From the IMG/VR virus record IMGVR_UViG_3300028830_000010: 40,614 nt of DNA; one strand, given 5' to 3'. Shown in pieces: positions 22,828 to 33,089 of this stretch. The notes under the pieces are model-generated. The model was not told the DNA's origin and searched no databases. It saw only the letters and a list, made by a program, of their open reading frames with translations. The position numbers and the translations under genes are program-made. The stretch's first letter is position 1. Every line of letters starts with the position of its first letter. Source of the DNA: a virus.

Positions 22828-23238
22828 TTATGGTGCTTCCTGAACCGGATTAGACTCTCCCTGATCTGGATGTCCAGCATTGGCAAACTCCACCGCCGCG
22901 TACCAGATCGAGGCCCGAATACCCCACATGCCATCCTCCTTGCATTGCTGCTTGAAGAACTCATTCACCGTGTCCTGCCACTTGTCGTAGTCAATGAGCC
23001 TTGACCGCATCATCTGGCAAAACGCATCATGCACCAAGGATGGCCGCATGGAGGATTTTGAATCGAACGTGGGGCCGCTGGCACCGTCCCAAGCGTAGCC
23101 TTGCTTGATCCACAGTTTGCCGTTCTTCGACAGAGTGAAGAATTCTTCCCTGACAGCCTTATCCGGCTTGATGGGCGTCATGCACGAATAGGACTCGGCA
23201 AGCTGGTACTTGTACCCTGCGCGGTATTTGATGGTCAT
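22828..23238 (-). CDS. DUF1353-family protein
   Basis: YAWDGASGP...SLVHDAFC pattern. ATG 23238 follows GGAAGG. Confidence 0.55.
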   Translation of the reverse strand: MTIKYRAGYKYQLAESYSCMTPIKPDKAVREEFFTLSKNGKLWIKQGYAWDGASGPTFDSKSSMRPSLVHDAFCQMMRSRLIDYDKWQDTVNEFFKQQCKEDGMWGIRASIWYAAVEFANAGHPDQGESNPVQEAP

Positions 23239-23239
23239 T

Positions 23240-23458
23240 TCACTTCGCCTTCCACGCCATCGCGCCACCCACACCCAAGCCGCCGAGGATCATCTGATAC
23301 ATGGTGACAAGCGGCTCCATCGGCGTGTGGCCGGTAATGGCCAGCACCGTCCAGCAGGCCATGATGCCGGTTGCGGCAAGGAACTTCTCCCGGTTCGAGA
23401 GCTTTTCCTTGTCGACTGACTTGACGAGTCCTTCAACGGATTCAGAGGGGGCGTTCAT
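23240..23458 (-). CDS. Small membrane protein (72 aa, two hydrophobic segments), possible holin
   Basis: Hydrophobic stretches GIMACWTVLAI and MILGGLGVGGAMAW. Confidence 0.4.
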   Translation of the reverse strand: MNAPSESVEGLVKSVDKEKLSNREKFLAATGIMACWTVLAITGHTPMEPLVTMYQMILGGLGVGGAMAWKAK

Positions 23459-23516
23459 GCCAGTAAAACCTCCATGTGCTTATAGTGCGCGATGGCGATG
23501 GATTTAAGAACCCACA

Positions 23517-24041
23517 TTACAAAGCATCCTTCGCCGCCCAGGATGCGGCGTAAATAGCCTCGCCGTGAGCCGACAGGGCATCGGCCAGATCTAGGTGCTC
23601 ATCACGCGACAGCAGTTCGATACTGTTGTCCTTAAGGCGAACGGGCAGCTTTGCATCCACAGGAATGCGCCCCTCGCGCCAGCGTACGATGCGCCCCGTG
23701 ATAGCTGCAATCATCACGTCATCGAACGGATAGAGCTTGCCTTTGTGAAGACAGCCAGCAGTAAGGGCTGCATCGCGTTGCGTGTCGATGTCGCGTCGCT
23801 GTCGTTCCTTAATTTCTTCAGGCGTAGGAGGTTGCGGTTGTGGTGGCTCTGGTATGTCCTCAAGATCAAACCCCGCACCGTTCCACTTCGCCATCTTGCC
23901 CTCTGGCACAGCTGGAGCAGGCGCATCTACTGCACCACCCGGCAAAAGGAACACTCCGGGTTCAAGTGGTGATTCGTCTGCAATAGTTGTGCCAATAAAG
24001 TACCCATCGGCATTAAGCTGCGAGCAAAGTTTAGTTTTCAT
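23517..24041 (-). CDS. Tail fibre assembly/chaperone-like protein
   Basis: Directly downstream of the tail fibre gene. The N-terminal NADGYFIGTTIADESPLEPGV pattern is typical of tail fibre assembly proteins. Confidence 0.55.
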   Translation of the reverse strand: MKTKLCSQLNADGYFIGTTIADESPLEPGVFLLPGGAVDAPAPAVPEGKMAKWNGAGFDLEDIPEPPQPQPPTPEEIKERQRRDIDTQRDAALTAGCLHKGKLYPFDDVMIAAITGRIVRWREGRIPVDAKLPVRLKDNSIELLSRDEHLDLADALSAHGEAIYAASWAAKDAL

Positions 24042-24050
24042 GATTGCTCC

Positions 24051-25373
24051 TTAGTATTTGATGCAGGCGAGGAAGGCGACGTTGCGTGGGCGGGTTTCGG
24101 CACCGCCGGTTGCGTTAGATGTCATACTCGATCCGCCACCAGCCCCGGCCATAGCCACCCCTGATGCATACAATGAACCAATCCATGCAGGCAATGAATG
24201 CGTATGCGATGCCAAATCGGCCGCCTGCGCTGTACCGATGGCGCGCCCGGAATCGACGCCGCGCCCGTCATCCCACCCCCGGATAAACTCGCCGCGCACG
24301 TCCGGAAGGTTGAAGGTTGTCGAACCATCGCCAACGCCGAACGTAGTACCGATGACGGCGAACAGCGCCGCGTAAGCCGTGCGCGAGACGGCCGCACCGT
24401 TTGCTTTTAACCACCCAGATGGAGGTGAATTTGCCGCGAAATTCATCACAAATCCGGCAGCGATCGAGGAGACTACCCAAGCCGTCCCATCCGCCTTCCA
24501 CCCGCCGACATGCTTCCACTCGGCATTGCTGCTGTGCATCTTGCGCCAGCGGATCACGTCACCATTCGCCAGCGTGATGTTCGCGCCGCCTGCCAGATAC
24601 AGGTTCGTGGCGTGATGCGTGAGGGTGAGCGTGCCGCCGGAAATGCTGAAGATGGTCTCGATCTCGGTCCCGGCCTGAAGCGAAGCCCCGCCGAGCGAGG
24701 TGATCGCCGTGGTGCCGGTCGAGTGGGTGACGGTGACGGTGTTGCCGGTGGCGGTACCGAGGTCTACGGTAGCGCCGGAAGCGATGTTATCGGCATTGAG
24801 TTGCTGCAAGCCGGTGAAGGTGTTGGCGGCGAGGGAGGCGGGCGCGGGATTCAGCAACTCCCACCGCGTATTCGCCAAGTCGTAGCGCAGGATCAGTTCG
24901 TGACCATCCGCAACGATGTCGCCAGCAACAAGCGCAGCACCGCCTTTTTTAACGATAGTCCGCGCAGTCAGTCCATTCGGCGAAAACGTCGGCGTAGTCG
25001 TCGCATTGGCCGCAGTAGCACGCACGCAGCACATTTGTCCATCTACCAGCGCAGTAATCGCTGGAGAGTACGTCGCCGTAATCGCATCAGCCGTACCACC
25101 TCCATCAACCCAATTCAGCTTGCCGTCCTGCACCTGTCCAGCCGCAGCGTAGTCGGTGCGTGCTACAGCATTGCCGACTCCTGTATGGCGGTAGGTCGCC
25201 ATTGGTAGGTTTGCAGTAACCGTCTGCTGTCCGTCCTTCGTGATGCAGTTGGACAAGCCAGTCGCTAGATCGGCGGTAAGCGCGTTGAAATCGGCAGATT
25301 CAATCAGCGTGTTCGCGCTGACTGGTTGCCCTGTGCTGTCTATGTTAAAGAGGCCGGAACCATTCCAACTCAT
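24051..25373 (-). CDS. Tail fibre protein with C-terminal phage tail-collar domain
   Basis: GWLKANGAAVSRTAYAALFAVIGTTFGVGDGSTTFNLPDVRGEFIRGW is the tail-collar signature. Confidence 0.8.
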   Translation of the reverse strand: MSWNGSGLFNIDSTGQPVSANTLIESADFNALTADLATGLSNCITKDGQQTVTANLPMATYRHTGVGNAVARTDYAAAGQVQDGKLNWVDGGGTADAITATYSPAITALVDGQMCCVRATAANATTTPTFSPNGLTARTIVKKGGAALVAGDIVADGHELILRYDLANTRWELLNPAPASLAANTFTGLQQLNADNIASGATVDLGTATGNTVTVTHSTGTTAITSLGGASLQAGTEIETIFSISGGTLTLTHHATNLYLAGGANITLANGDVIRWRKMHSSNAEWKHVGGWKADGTAWVVSSIAAGFVMNFAANSPPSGWLKANGAAVSRTAYAALFAVIGTTFGVGDGSTTFNLPDVRGEFIRGWDDGRGVDSGRAIGTAQAADLASHTHSLPAWIGSLYASGVAMAGAGGGSSMTSNATGGAETRPRNVAFLACIKY

Positions 25374-25386
25374 TTGTCATATCCTC

Positions 25387-27021
25387 CTATTGCTGTGCTG
25401 CCGAGATTACCGCAGGATTACTGCGCTTTACTATCTCGTCAATAATCTCATTGACTCGTGAAATCTGTTGGTGCTTTGTAAGATCGCCAGCAAGCAATTG
25501 CGGATTAAGCTGCTGTTGCGCCATGTACGCATCAACCCTAGGCTCAATACCGCCTTTCTTACCGGCCAATGTTTTCATCACCGCATTAGCAAGCATCATT
25601 GGGCGAGAAAGCATATTCGGAAGATGCGTCCGAGTTTCCTCTGCGACATTGATACCTCCACCAAGGTTGGTTTTCTGAATAGGCTTCAATGCTTGCTTTG
25701 CTCTCGAAACGTCGGCCTCTATTAGTTTCATACCTGCCGAATACTTGGCTAGATAGTCCTTCCATCCAGCACCGCCAGCATTTTCAATTGCATCGTCAAT
25801 CGCAAGCTGAATCTCTCTTTCCAGCTTTGACGAAAGCCGCTTGTCCCAATTCTTCGTCTCAACAGCATTAGCCTTGATGGTATTTCCTATTTCCTTGCGA
25901 ATGTTGTAAAGACCATTCGCGCTGATCTCAGGATCGGATAATTTCCCCCTGAGATTTTCCATTGTCTTCTCAACTAGACCGATCTTTTCAAATTCAGGCT
26001 TCGTTGCTATGTCGTCTATTTTGTCGATGATGCTTTTTGTTTGGACAACACCAGCATTCTGCAATGCGGCTTCTCGCATTGGTGCCGTGGCCTTATTAAG
26101 AACCTCATGCGCCATTTCTCTTGAAGCAGCCTGATCCAGTTTCCTTTGCCCGAACAAAGCAGAAACACCGCCCGGAGTCTTGGAGGTTATTTCTTGTTGC
26201 GCTATCACAGGAGAACCTTCAGGCATATGTGCCACAGCTTGCGCAGCCGTAGGTTTGCTGCCTTGCACATATTCTGGCGCATTCCTTAGAGCATTTGATA
26301 CTTTTTCAAGATTGTCCTTCCCAATGATGTTTGCTTGATGCCTAGTAGAAATCCTTTCGGCACCCTTAGGGAGAACAAGGTCGGCAACATCCCTACCAGC
26401 ACCACCTAGGTATTTAGTGACACCATAAGCAGCAGGAATAACTCCACCAATAGCCGCGCCGATTCCGGCCTGCTTTAGTTTTTCTTCTGCAAAATTGTCT
26501 GTTTTTCCTGTTGGTTGCATCATCCCGAACAATGTTCCGCCGCCGATGCCATGTCCTAATGAAGTAGCTGAAGGCATGGCTTTCATGACTTTCAACGCGG
26601 CGGGACTCATCACTGAACCAGCAATATCCGAGGCAACACCAGTAGTATTCACATATCCCGGATAGGCTTTAGTACCTTCCTTTGTCATGTCTGAAATGCG
26701 CTGGTTTTGTTCTTGCCAGTATTTCCCGCCAAGAGCATCAGGCATCATTTCAAATCCGGCTCTGAATGGTGCGGAAGCGGCCATAGCAAATCTAGTCAAT
26801 GGATTCGCAGCAATCTTCTCAGCAATGTCAGGTTCACGCTCCTGTACTGGTGGCTTGTACTCGACAATGCCGCCCGGAATCTGATCGACAAGCGACTTCG
26901 ATTCTTGTGGAGCAGCAGTACGCACCTTGCGAATCTCACGCGCAAGAATAGTCGCACTCTCGGTATCACCAGCCGAATCTGCCTTGCGTAGTGCGTTCTC
27001 TAGTTGTGCCAAGTCAGCCAT
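25387..27021 (-). CDS. Virion internal/ejection-type protein (544 aa)
   Basis: Large ORF in the structural operon with Gly-rich hydrophobic segments. No catalytic motif recognised. Confidence 0.4.
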   Translation of the reverse strand: MADLAQLENALRKADSAGDTESATILAREIRKVRTAAPQESKSLVDQIPGGIVEYKPPVQEREPDIAEKIAANPLTRFAMAASAPFRAGFEMMPDALGGKYWQEQNQRISDMTKEGTKAYPGYVNTTGVASDIAGSVMSPAALKVMKAMPSATSLGHGIGGGTLFGMMQPTGKTDNFAEEKLKQAGIGAAIGGVIPAAYGVTKYLGGAGRDVADLVLPKGAERISTRHQANIIGKDNLEKVSNALRNAPEYVQGSKPTAAQAVAHMPEGSPVIAQQEITSKTPGGVSALFGQRKLDQAASREMAHEVLNKATAPMREAALQNAGVVQTKSIIDKIDDIATKPEFEKIGLVEKTMENLRGKLSDPEISANGLYNIRKEIGNTIKANAVETKNWDKRLSSKLEREIQLAIDDAIENAGGAGWKDYLAKYSAGMKLIEADVSRAKQALKPIQKTNLGGGINVAEETRTHLPNMLSRPMMLANAVMKTLAGKKGGIEPRVDAYMAQQQLNPQLLAGDLTKHQQISRVNEIIDEIVKRSNPAVISAAQQ

Positions 27022-28259
27022 TATTTGTACTTGTTCAGAATATCGTCAAGTGAAGGTTCGGTTTTTGATGGAACATTTGATTGAGTTCCACCCTGCAAAT
27101 GTTCGTACTTGCCCCACAGCTCCTTAACCTTTTGTAGCGCCGCTATTCTGCGCTCCCTTGGGATCGTGCTGTCTCCAACAACAGCCGCCATTTCACGGTA
27201 AAGCAAAGTGTCCTTGTCAGACTGCGGGCCTTCCATGCGCGGCATCTTTGAGGTAAGCGCACCGCCGATAGCTTTGAGTGTTTGCGCTTCCGCCGCGCCA
27301 GATGGGCTTGCCCCGACAAGCCCAGCAGCCATATCAACAACAGTCCCAACCCCACTTCCTGTAGGCAATGCTTTTCCGCTTGCCCCTGTAAGTAAATCCT
27401 CTGCTTGCTTTATCGTATCCCCAAGTCCTGCCATATTGATGGCGCGCTCGGCTTTGGCTTGTCCTGTTTTTTTAGCACCAGCAATATCGCCTTGCAATGC
27501 AGGATCGCTAGTCGACTTTCTGATCGGAGCACCAGACGCATCAACAGCAGGCACCATCTTCCCTGTACGGTGATCGAACACCATTGCGCCAGCAGAAGAA
27601 TCGAACGGACTAAAATACGGTTGAGCTTTGCTGATAGCGCCAGCCATTTGCTTCATTTCCTTTTGAGCGTCAAGTCGCATCTGCATCAATTCTTTCTGAG
27701 CCGCAAGACGTTCTTCCCTGCTCAGTCGCGCATCCTCAATCTTCATAGCCAATTCGGCCATGCGTTGCTGCGCGGCAGCAGCCCTATCTTCTTTCCGCCA
27801 ATCTTGTTGCATATCCAATGTGGCCATCTTGGATAGGCGCGGATTGTTACTGACAATGGCCTCCATGATTGCCTGACGGCGCTGTTCAGGAGTTGCCGGC
27901 ATAGCCGGCCGTCCAGGCCCCATACCGTCTTCAGGAATCGGGATTTCAGGCGACCCCATCGTTCCTTTACGGTAATTCTCAAGTTGAGCGGCTTCCACAG
28001 CCTTCCGCTTTTCACCAAGCGACTTATAGCCCTCATCAATCCTGTCCTGCTCACCTTTTGCAGCCCATGAATTAGCCAGTCCAGCCAACCCCTGAAACAC
28101 AGAAGGGCGTACATAGACGCCACCAACCATTTGCCCTTGCAGCGGCGTCATCCCGCGCTTCGCCAGTTCGTCAGCCATCATCTGCTGCCGCTTCAGGCGA
28201 CGCAGTTCTGCCGTGGTGTCCGGGTCTAGGCCGGAGAGTTCGAGGCCATAGTCATCCAT
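27021..28259 (-). CDS. Virion internal protein (412 aa), coiled-coil rich
   Basis: Positional call. Q/A/K/E-rich central region. Confidence 0.4.
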   Translation of the reverse strand: MDDYGLELSGLDPDTTAELRRLKRQQMMADELAKRGMTPLQGQMVGGVYVRPSVFQGLAGLANSWAAKGEQDRIDEGYKSLGEKRKAVEAAQLENYRKGTMGSPEIPIPEDGMGPGRPAMPATPEQRRQAIMEAIVSNNPRLSKMATLDMQQDWRKEDRAAAAQQRMAELAMKIEDARLSREERLAAQKELMQMRLDAQKEMKQMAGAISKAQPYFSPFDSSAGAMVFDHRTGKMVPAVDASGAPIRKSTSDPALQGDIAGAKKTGQAKAERAINMAGLGDTIKQAEDLLTGASGKALPTGSGVGTVVDMAAGLVGASPSGAAEAQTLKAIGGALTSKMPRMEGPQSDKDTLLYREMAAVVGDSTIPRERRIAALQKVKELWGKYEHLQGGTQSNVPSKTEPSLDDILNKYK

Positions 28260-29277
28260 GATCTATCATCCCGTAATCTACAGCCGCATATCCGTCATGC
28301 ATGGACACAGCGGCAGGCATCACCGCCATAACCTCGTCGGCCATGACGCCATGCGAATGCTCGCCCCAAATGTAGTCGAATTCGTACAGGCCGATCCCGA
28401 GGCGATGCGTGCCGATGCGCCGGATATTGCGTTTCAATCGTCTATCTGAAAATCTCATTGCAGCACTGCCAAGCCCGAACAGCCCGCTCATTGCATTACC
28501 CATGCCAGCCTGTTGCGCATTGTAGGCTCCCAAATCCGCCTCGCCTTGAGCTTGTGCAGCACCAAAGATAGGCGCTGGCGCAACCTGCGTGTTCTGTGCC
28601 GCATTCGGCACCGCAAACGGGTTGCTAACCTGAGAACCTGACATGAGAGCGTTGATCTCGTTTAGCGGTGTCTGGCGACCAGCAAGAAGCTCAGACAATG
28701 CAATACGGCGACGATCTGCATCCATCTGGTAGTCTCTTTGGGCCTCACTGCCAGATGCGATGATGGCTTGCTGACGCGCATCCGTCCTGCCGCGCTCAAT
28801 CTGAGCCATTGCGTTATCGTAGGCTTCTGTTCCTGGGCGGATACCGGCTGCGATTAGATCGGAATTCCTTTGGTCGATTGAGCGGTCAACGTCTTCATTG
28901 ACGCGACTCATCATTGCATTGATAACCTGATCCCTTGTTGCCGCAGCATCCCCTGGTGCTGCTGGTAATCCCGAAAGATCAAGATTTTGCCCGATGACAT
29001 CCCCAAGGGCCTGAGAGCCTTGGATGCCTAAATCGCCAAGAATTGATTTTGTTTGAACGGATTTGTTGTATAACGATTGCTGCTCAGGACTAAGCTCCTG
29101 AACCATCGTAGGGCGCGACGTGTCCGTAGCGCCTTCGACCCACGTCTGAGAGCCGTAAGGATTGATTACGTTCGGGTTGTTCAGGCGGGAACCTGCAACT
29201 GCTGATTCCACGTTTGCAGCGCCCTGTGCCGTTGCGGCTGCGCCGTAGTCAGGGGGATCGGGGGCGTCGTAACACAT
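28252..29277 (-). CDS. Virion/tail protein with C-terminal S74-type intramolecular chaperone domain
   Basis: The C-terminus SDRRLKRNIRRIG...GLYEFDYIW...GVMADEV...PAAV matches the endosialidase-chaperone (peptidase S74) signature. Confidence 0.6.
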   Translation of the reverse strand: MCYDAPDPPDYGAAATAQGAANVESAVAGSRLNNPNVINPYGSQTWVEGATDTSRPTMVQELSPEQQSLYNKSVQTKSILGDLGIQGSQALGDVIGQNLDLSGLPAAPGDAAATRDQVINAMMSRVNEDVDRSIDQRNSDLIAAGIRPGTEAYDNAMAQIERGRTDARQQAIIASGSEAQRDYQMDADRRRIALSELLAGRQTPLNEINALMSGSQVSNPFAVPNAAQNTQVAPAPIFGAAQAQGEADLGAYNAQQAGMGNAMSGLFGLGSAAMRFSDRRLKRNIRRIGTHRLGIGLYEFDYIWGEHSHGVMADEVMAVMPAAVSMHDGYAAVDYGMIDHG

Positions 29278-29344
29278 TTCACAGTCTCCATAACGATTGC
29301 CGTTATCGGGACTGTCGGCCCCTCACTAGCAATACTAGATCAAT

Positions 29345-29797
29345 TCAATCGGCCTGTAAAGCCTTGCTGTAGCAATACTTATCCAGCCCGTACCCGAGGT
29401 ATTCCATGATGCGGCAAGCCCCGTTATAAGGGGCGGCGGTCATGGTGATCTTCTCCACCCCGCGCCGCTTCATGTCGTCCTCGACAAACTTGTAAAACTT
29501 GATGGCGTTCCTGCCCTTGCGGTACTCAGGTTTCAGGAACCATGTATCTTCGTTCGCCACAAGCTTTTGCGTGTGCATCGAGCGTGAGATATACATGCCA
29601 CAGTTCCCTACAAGTTCACCATCATTTCTTGCAGTAAAAACAATATATTGCGGCCCATAGCTGGCGTAACGCTCGTACTGTGGATTGAATGCTTCACCGC
29701 GTTTAAACATTTCGGTTTCCTGCCAATGCTCCCATGCGTTCTTGACAAGCTCATCCCATACAGTTACCAGAGGCTCGATGGCGAACTCAAGGCTCAA
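29345..29797 (-). CDS. GNAT-family N-acetyltransferase
   Basis: The GELVGNCGMY...KPEYRKGRNAIKFYKFVEDDMKRRGV pattern fits a GNAT acetyl-CoA-binding core. Embedded in the virion module. Confidence 0.6.
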   Translation of the reverse strand: MSLEFAIEPLVTVWDELVKNAWEHWQETEMFKRGEAFNPQYERYASYGPQYIVFTARNDGELVGNCGMYISRSMHTQKLVANEDTWFLKPEYRKGRNAIKFYKFVEDDMKRRGVEKITMTAAPYNGACRIMEYLGYGLDKYCYSKALQAD

Positions 29798-31368
29798 AGC
29801 GGCCCTCCTGTCTCATAAATCCAGTCGCAGGACAGCCATTGCACCGTCAAACTGTTCGTCGCAATCTTTATTTTGCCAGCAGCGCATCTGCCTACGTCCT
29901 CGTCAGGCGAAGTCCATTCTTTGAGCACTTCCATGCCAGCCGCCCAAAATGCCTCATCCCAATTACTTACATCCCATTGCCCACCTGAGATTGCCGTGTA
30001 TGATGCTTGTCCTGTGATTTGAGTATCATTAAAGTCAATATCAATATCAGTCAAGAATGACAAGCTTCCGTTCGCGGCAAGTACGGGACGGAACATGGAA
30101 AACCGCTTTTCTGATCCCATATCCTTGAAATAGGAAAACGCTGTTTTGCCATAAGCGATGATGTTGTTTCCGGCATCCGAAGTGCCGCTCCAAGCCTTAT
30201 AGACCGCCGTAGCATCCGAGAAGTAAAGTTTCCCGTTTAATATCGCAAACGTCTCAGCATCCCAATTCGTGAATCGGCACCATGCTTTCGTGATCGTGTT
30301 CATCACGTACTGCTGATGCGTGCCATCCTCTGCGATTGGGATATTGAAAATCATGGCCGACTGCGCCGGATACACAATCGCTTCCCACCCCCATTGACTG
30401 CCGTAGCTTCTGGCGGCGGAAGTGAATGCCTTCTCGATGATGTTCGTCAGCGCAACGCGGTTATCCACGATGGCGGATTGCAAGGCGCTTGAGAGCGGGT
30501 AAGCACCGTTCTCGGTGATTACAACCAGGTCGCCCGCCACCTTCTGCATGCACCTGCGGCCAAGCGGCTTGCCAAGGTCAAACACGCCGGTCAGCGCCCA
30601 TGAAGTTGAGCTGGACGGGTTTGTGCCGGCGTAGATGATGACCTCACCCTCGCTGGTCACGAACACGGCACGGTCGTCAGGGCCGGAACCGCCGTCAAAC
30701 GTCCATGTTGCGCCAGCCATCAGGTAGCCGCCCTTTTTGGCGACGCCGGACATGTCGAACTCTGTCAGTGCGCCACCAGCAGCGCCAGCGGCTAGATACC
30801 AGAACGACAGCGAATCTTTCTCAAGGAATATGAGCCGCCCCTTGAACTCGAATAGACTGATGATGCTTGTCGTCGTAAGGCCGGTCAGCGCCGGGGATGT
30901 GGCACCATCGACCGCAGTCCATGTCGAGCCGTCATAGTAAGCAGGCTTATCCACGCCATTGACAGCAATCAGCCAGTTGCTTGTCCCATCGCCAAACATC
31001 GTCCATTGGTGCTTGCCGTTGGTACGTGCCAGTACAGAAGCACCAACCGCGCCTGCGCTTGTCACGTCATAGATACCGCTAGCGGTATAGGCAAACATCT
31101 TGTTTGTACCGCTCATGCCGTTATGCACGGCCAGCGTCTTGATGTTGCCGGTTGTGCCTGTGGCATGGCTGGAATTGCCGCCGCGAATCTCGCAATAGCT
31201 CGCCTTCGGGAAGAAGTTGTTCAGGACGATAGCGTGATCCGGGCGCATGTCGGCAAGCGAATCACGCTCGTTCCAGCCCTTTACCGGAGCCGGATAGGAC
31301 ATTGCACGGCTGATGCGCGTCCTCGGTGCTGCCTTGCGGGCTAATGCTTGCCTCATGGAGTGATCCAC
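29794..31368 (-). CDS. Virion structural protein (524 aa), possible tail/nozzle component
   Basis: Position and size only. Confidence 0.4.
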   Translation of the reverse strand: MDHSMRQALARKAAPRTRISRAMSYPAPVKGWNERDSLADMRPDHAIVLNNFFPKASYCEIRGGNSSHATGTTGNIKTLAVHNGMSGTNKMFAYTASGIYDVTSAGAVGASVLARTNGKHQWTMFGDGTSNWLIAVNGVDKPAYYDGSTWTAVDGATSPALTGLTTTSIISLFEFKGRLIFLEKDSLSFWYLAAGAAGGALTEFDMSGVAKKGGYLMAGATWTFDGGSGPDDRAVFVTSEGEVIIYAGTNPSSSTSWALTGVFDLGKPLGRRCMQKVAGDLVVITENGAYPLSSALQSAIVDNRVALTNIIEKAFTSAARSYGSQWGWEAIVYPAQSAMIFNIPIAEDGTHQQYVMNTITKAWCRFTNWDAETFAILNGKLYFSDATAVYKAWSGTSDAGNNIIAYGKTAFSYFKDMGSEKRFSMFRPVLAANGSLSFLTDIDIDFNDTQITGQASYTAISGGQWDVSNWDEAFWAAGMEVLKEWTSPDEDVGRCAAGKIKIATNSLTVQWLSCDWIYETGGPL

Positions 31369-32066
31369 GATCCAGCGGGTATGAACACTCGCGGCGTCTT
31401 GCCTTCACCGTCGCCGCCCATGTTGAGCGTGCGCTTGCCGCCATCGCGTCCTAGTGCATCCTTAACCATGCTTTCATAGGTACGGAAGTCCTCTGCGTAG
31501 TCGAATCCTTTTTCCTTCTTCCAGCGCCAGCGGAGTCCGAGCGTAAGGATTTCCTCTGGAAGCAGCGGCAAGTCACCATCTGCGGCAAAGTATTGCCGAT
31601 ACGTTGCGCCGGTAGAATCAGTCATCCAGTTCCAGCTAACGTACTCGAATGCCCATGTATGTCCGGCAGTCGGGACAGGGTTGGACAGTAAATGCCCACC
31701 ACGGATGCGCCATTGGTATCGCGGGCCAGTTACTGTCATAGACTTGATGGCTTGCCAGTCCTGATCGTTCAACGGGCCGTAGACCGGCTCCTGAAGCGTT
31801 CTATCCCAAAACGTGTTGTTCTTGATGTATCGGTATCCATTAGTGGCGATGCTGTCGATATCGCCCTGATCCTCTGCTGCGGTGGTAGTGTGGGTAGCCT
31901 GAAACGTCAATTCGTTCCAGTCGCCACGACCTGACAAATCGTTCCCTTCTTCCTCCAGCAGCGCCATGATCTGCCTGATCTGCGGGTCGGACGTACCATA
32001 AACGGTTGCCGGAACCGTCAGGTTTGTGCGGCGGCAGAAGCGTTGGACGATTGTCAGTAAACTCAT
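31353..32066 (-). CDS. Virion structural protein (237 aa)
   Basis: Position only. Overlaps its neighbours. Confidence 0.4.
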   Translation of the reverse strand: MSLLTIVQRFCRRTNLTVPATVYGTSDPQIRQIMALLEEEGNDLSGRGDWNELTFQATHTTTAAEDQGDIDSIATNGYRYIKNNTFWDRTLQEPVYGPLNDQDWQAIKSMTVTGPRYQWRIRGGHLLSNPVPTAGHTWAFEYVSWNWMTDSTGATYRQYFAADGDLPLLPEEILTLGLRWRWKKEKGFDYAEDFRTYESMVKDALGRDGGKRTLNMGGDGEGKTPRVFIPAGSWITP

Positions 32067-32067
32067 G

Positions 32068-32790
32068 TCAAATCACCGCTTCCTGAGACTTAGGCGGGCG
32101 ACCGCGCCGCTTCGGTTCTTCGATAACCGGCTCCGGCTCATCCTCAAGCAACTCAGCCGCGCTAATGTCAGGCTCACGACCAACCTGCACCATTTCAGGC
32201 TGGCGCGGAATCATGCTTTTCAGCGCCTCTACCTGCGCCTTGAGTGATTCCACGGTAGCGGAGAGATTCCGGTTCTCCTGCTCCATCGCGGCAAGCTGCA
32301 CGGTCACAGCGCCATGATCCTTCATGGACGCCAGCCAGTTCTTTGCCTTGTCGCGCAGTTCCACGGCACCCATACCAATGCGGCGCAAGCCTTCGTCATT
32401 GATGATGGCCAAGTCCTCGACAGTCAGGCAATTCATGGCAATCAGCGTGGCTTGCTGCGCTGGAGACAGTACGCCCCATCCTTTGATTGGGGTGCCACTC
32501 AGCGGCATTTCCTGCCCGTTCTTCCAGCTTTTGTATGATGCCTTCCATTGATCTGCCCACTTCTCCGGGATGCGCCCATCGCGCACGTTGCGCTCCATGT
32601 TGATAAGCCATTGCTCCACCTTGTACTCAACGCAGTCTTTCGAGTACGGCGGCGTCACAAGAGCAAAATCAACGTCCTTGGCGACATATCGGCCTTCACG
32701 GATGGATGCGGCCTTGTCCTCCATCGGGCGGCGCTCGAAACGGACATAGGCAGGACGTTCTTCACGGCTAATCAATTCTCCGACTGACAT
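32068..32790 (-). CDS. Virion structural protein (240 aa), possible head-tail adaptor
   Basis: Position only. Coiled-coil and acidic C-terminal part. Confidence 0.35.
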   Translation of the reverse strand: MSVGELISREERPAYVRFERRPMEDKAASIREGRYVAKDVDFALVTPPYSKDCVEYKVEQWLINMERNVRDGRIPEKWADQWKASYKSWKNGQEMPLSGTPIKGWGVLSPAQQATLIAMNCLTVEDLAIINDEGLRRIGMGAVELRDKAKNWLASMKDHGAVTVQLAAMEQENRNLSATVESLKAQVEALKSMIPRQPEMVQVGREPDISAAELLEDEPEPVIEEPKRRGRPPKSQEAVI

Positions 32791-32799
32791 TTGACCTCC

Positions 32800-33012
32800 T
32801 TATGCGCGAAGCGCGGTAAGTACAGCAGCAGCTTGGGTTGCGGCATTATCAGATGCCGTTGTGCGAATCAACTTCGCCTTACCAGGCGCATCCACATTGC
32901 CCTCTACATACCATTCCTGAAACGTTCCGACAACACCAAACTCCTGCGTTACCTTTGCATTGGTTTCTTTCGTTCCGAGAGCCGTTTGAAGGGCTGCGCC
33001 TGTGATTGCCAT
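32800..33012 (-). CDS. Small structural protein (70 aa)
   Basis: ATG 33012 follows AAAGGAG. Sits right after a strong terminator. Confidence 0.4.
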   Translation of the reverse strand: MAITGAALQTALGTKETNAKVTQEFGVVGTFQEWYVEGNVDAPGKAKLIRTTASDNAATQAAAVLTALRA

Positions 33013-33057
33013 GATAATCTCCTTTCGGTTTTGCAAACCACACCAATATGATGCGGT

Positions 33058-33084
33058 TTGAAAAACCCCCGCCGAAGCGGGGAT
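33058..33084 (-). terminator. Rho-independent terminator
   Basis: Minus strand reads CCCCGC-TTCG-GCGGGG-G-TTTTT, starting 7 nt after the stop of the 33090 gene. Confidence 0.75.
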
Positions 33085-33089
33085 TCTTG

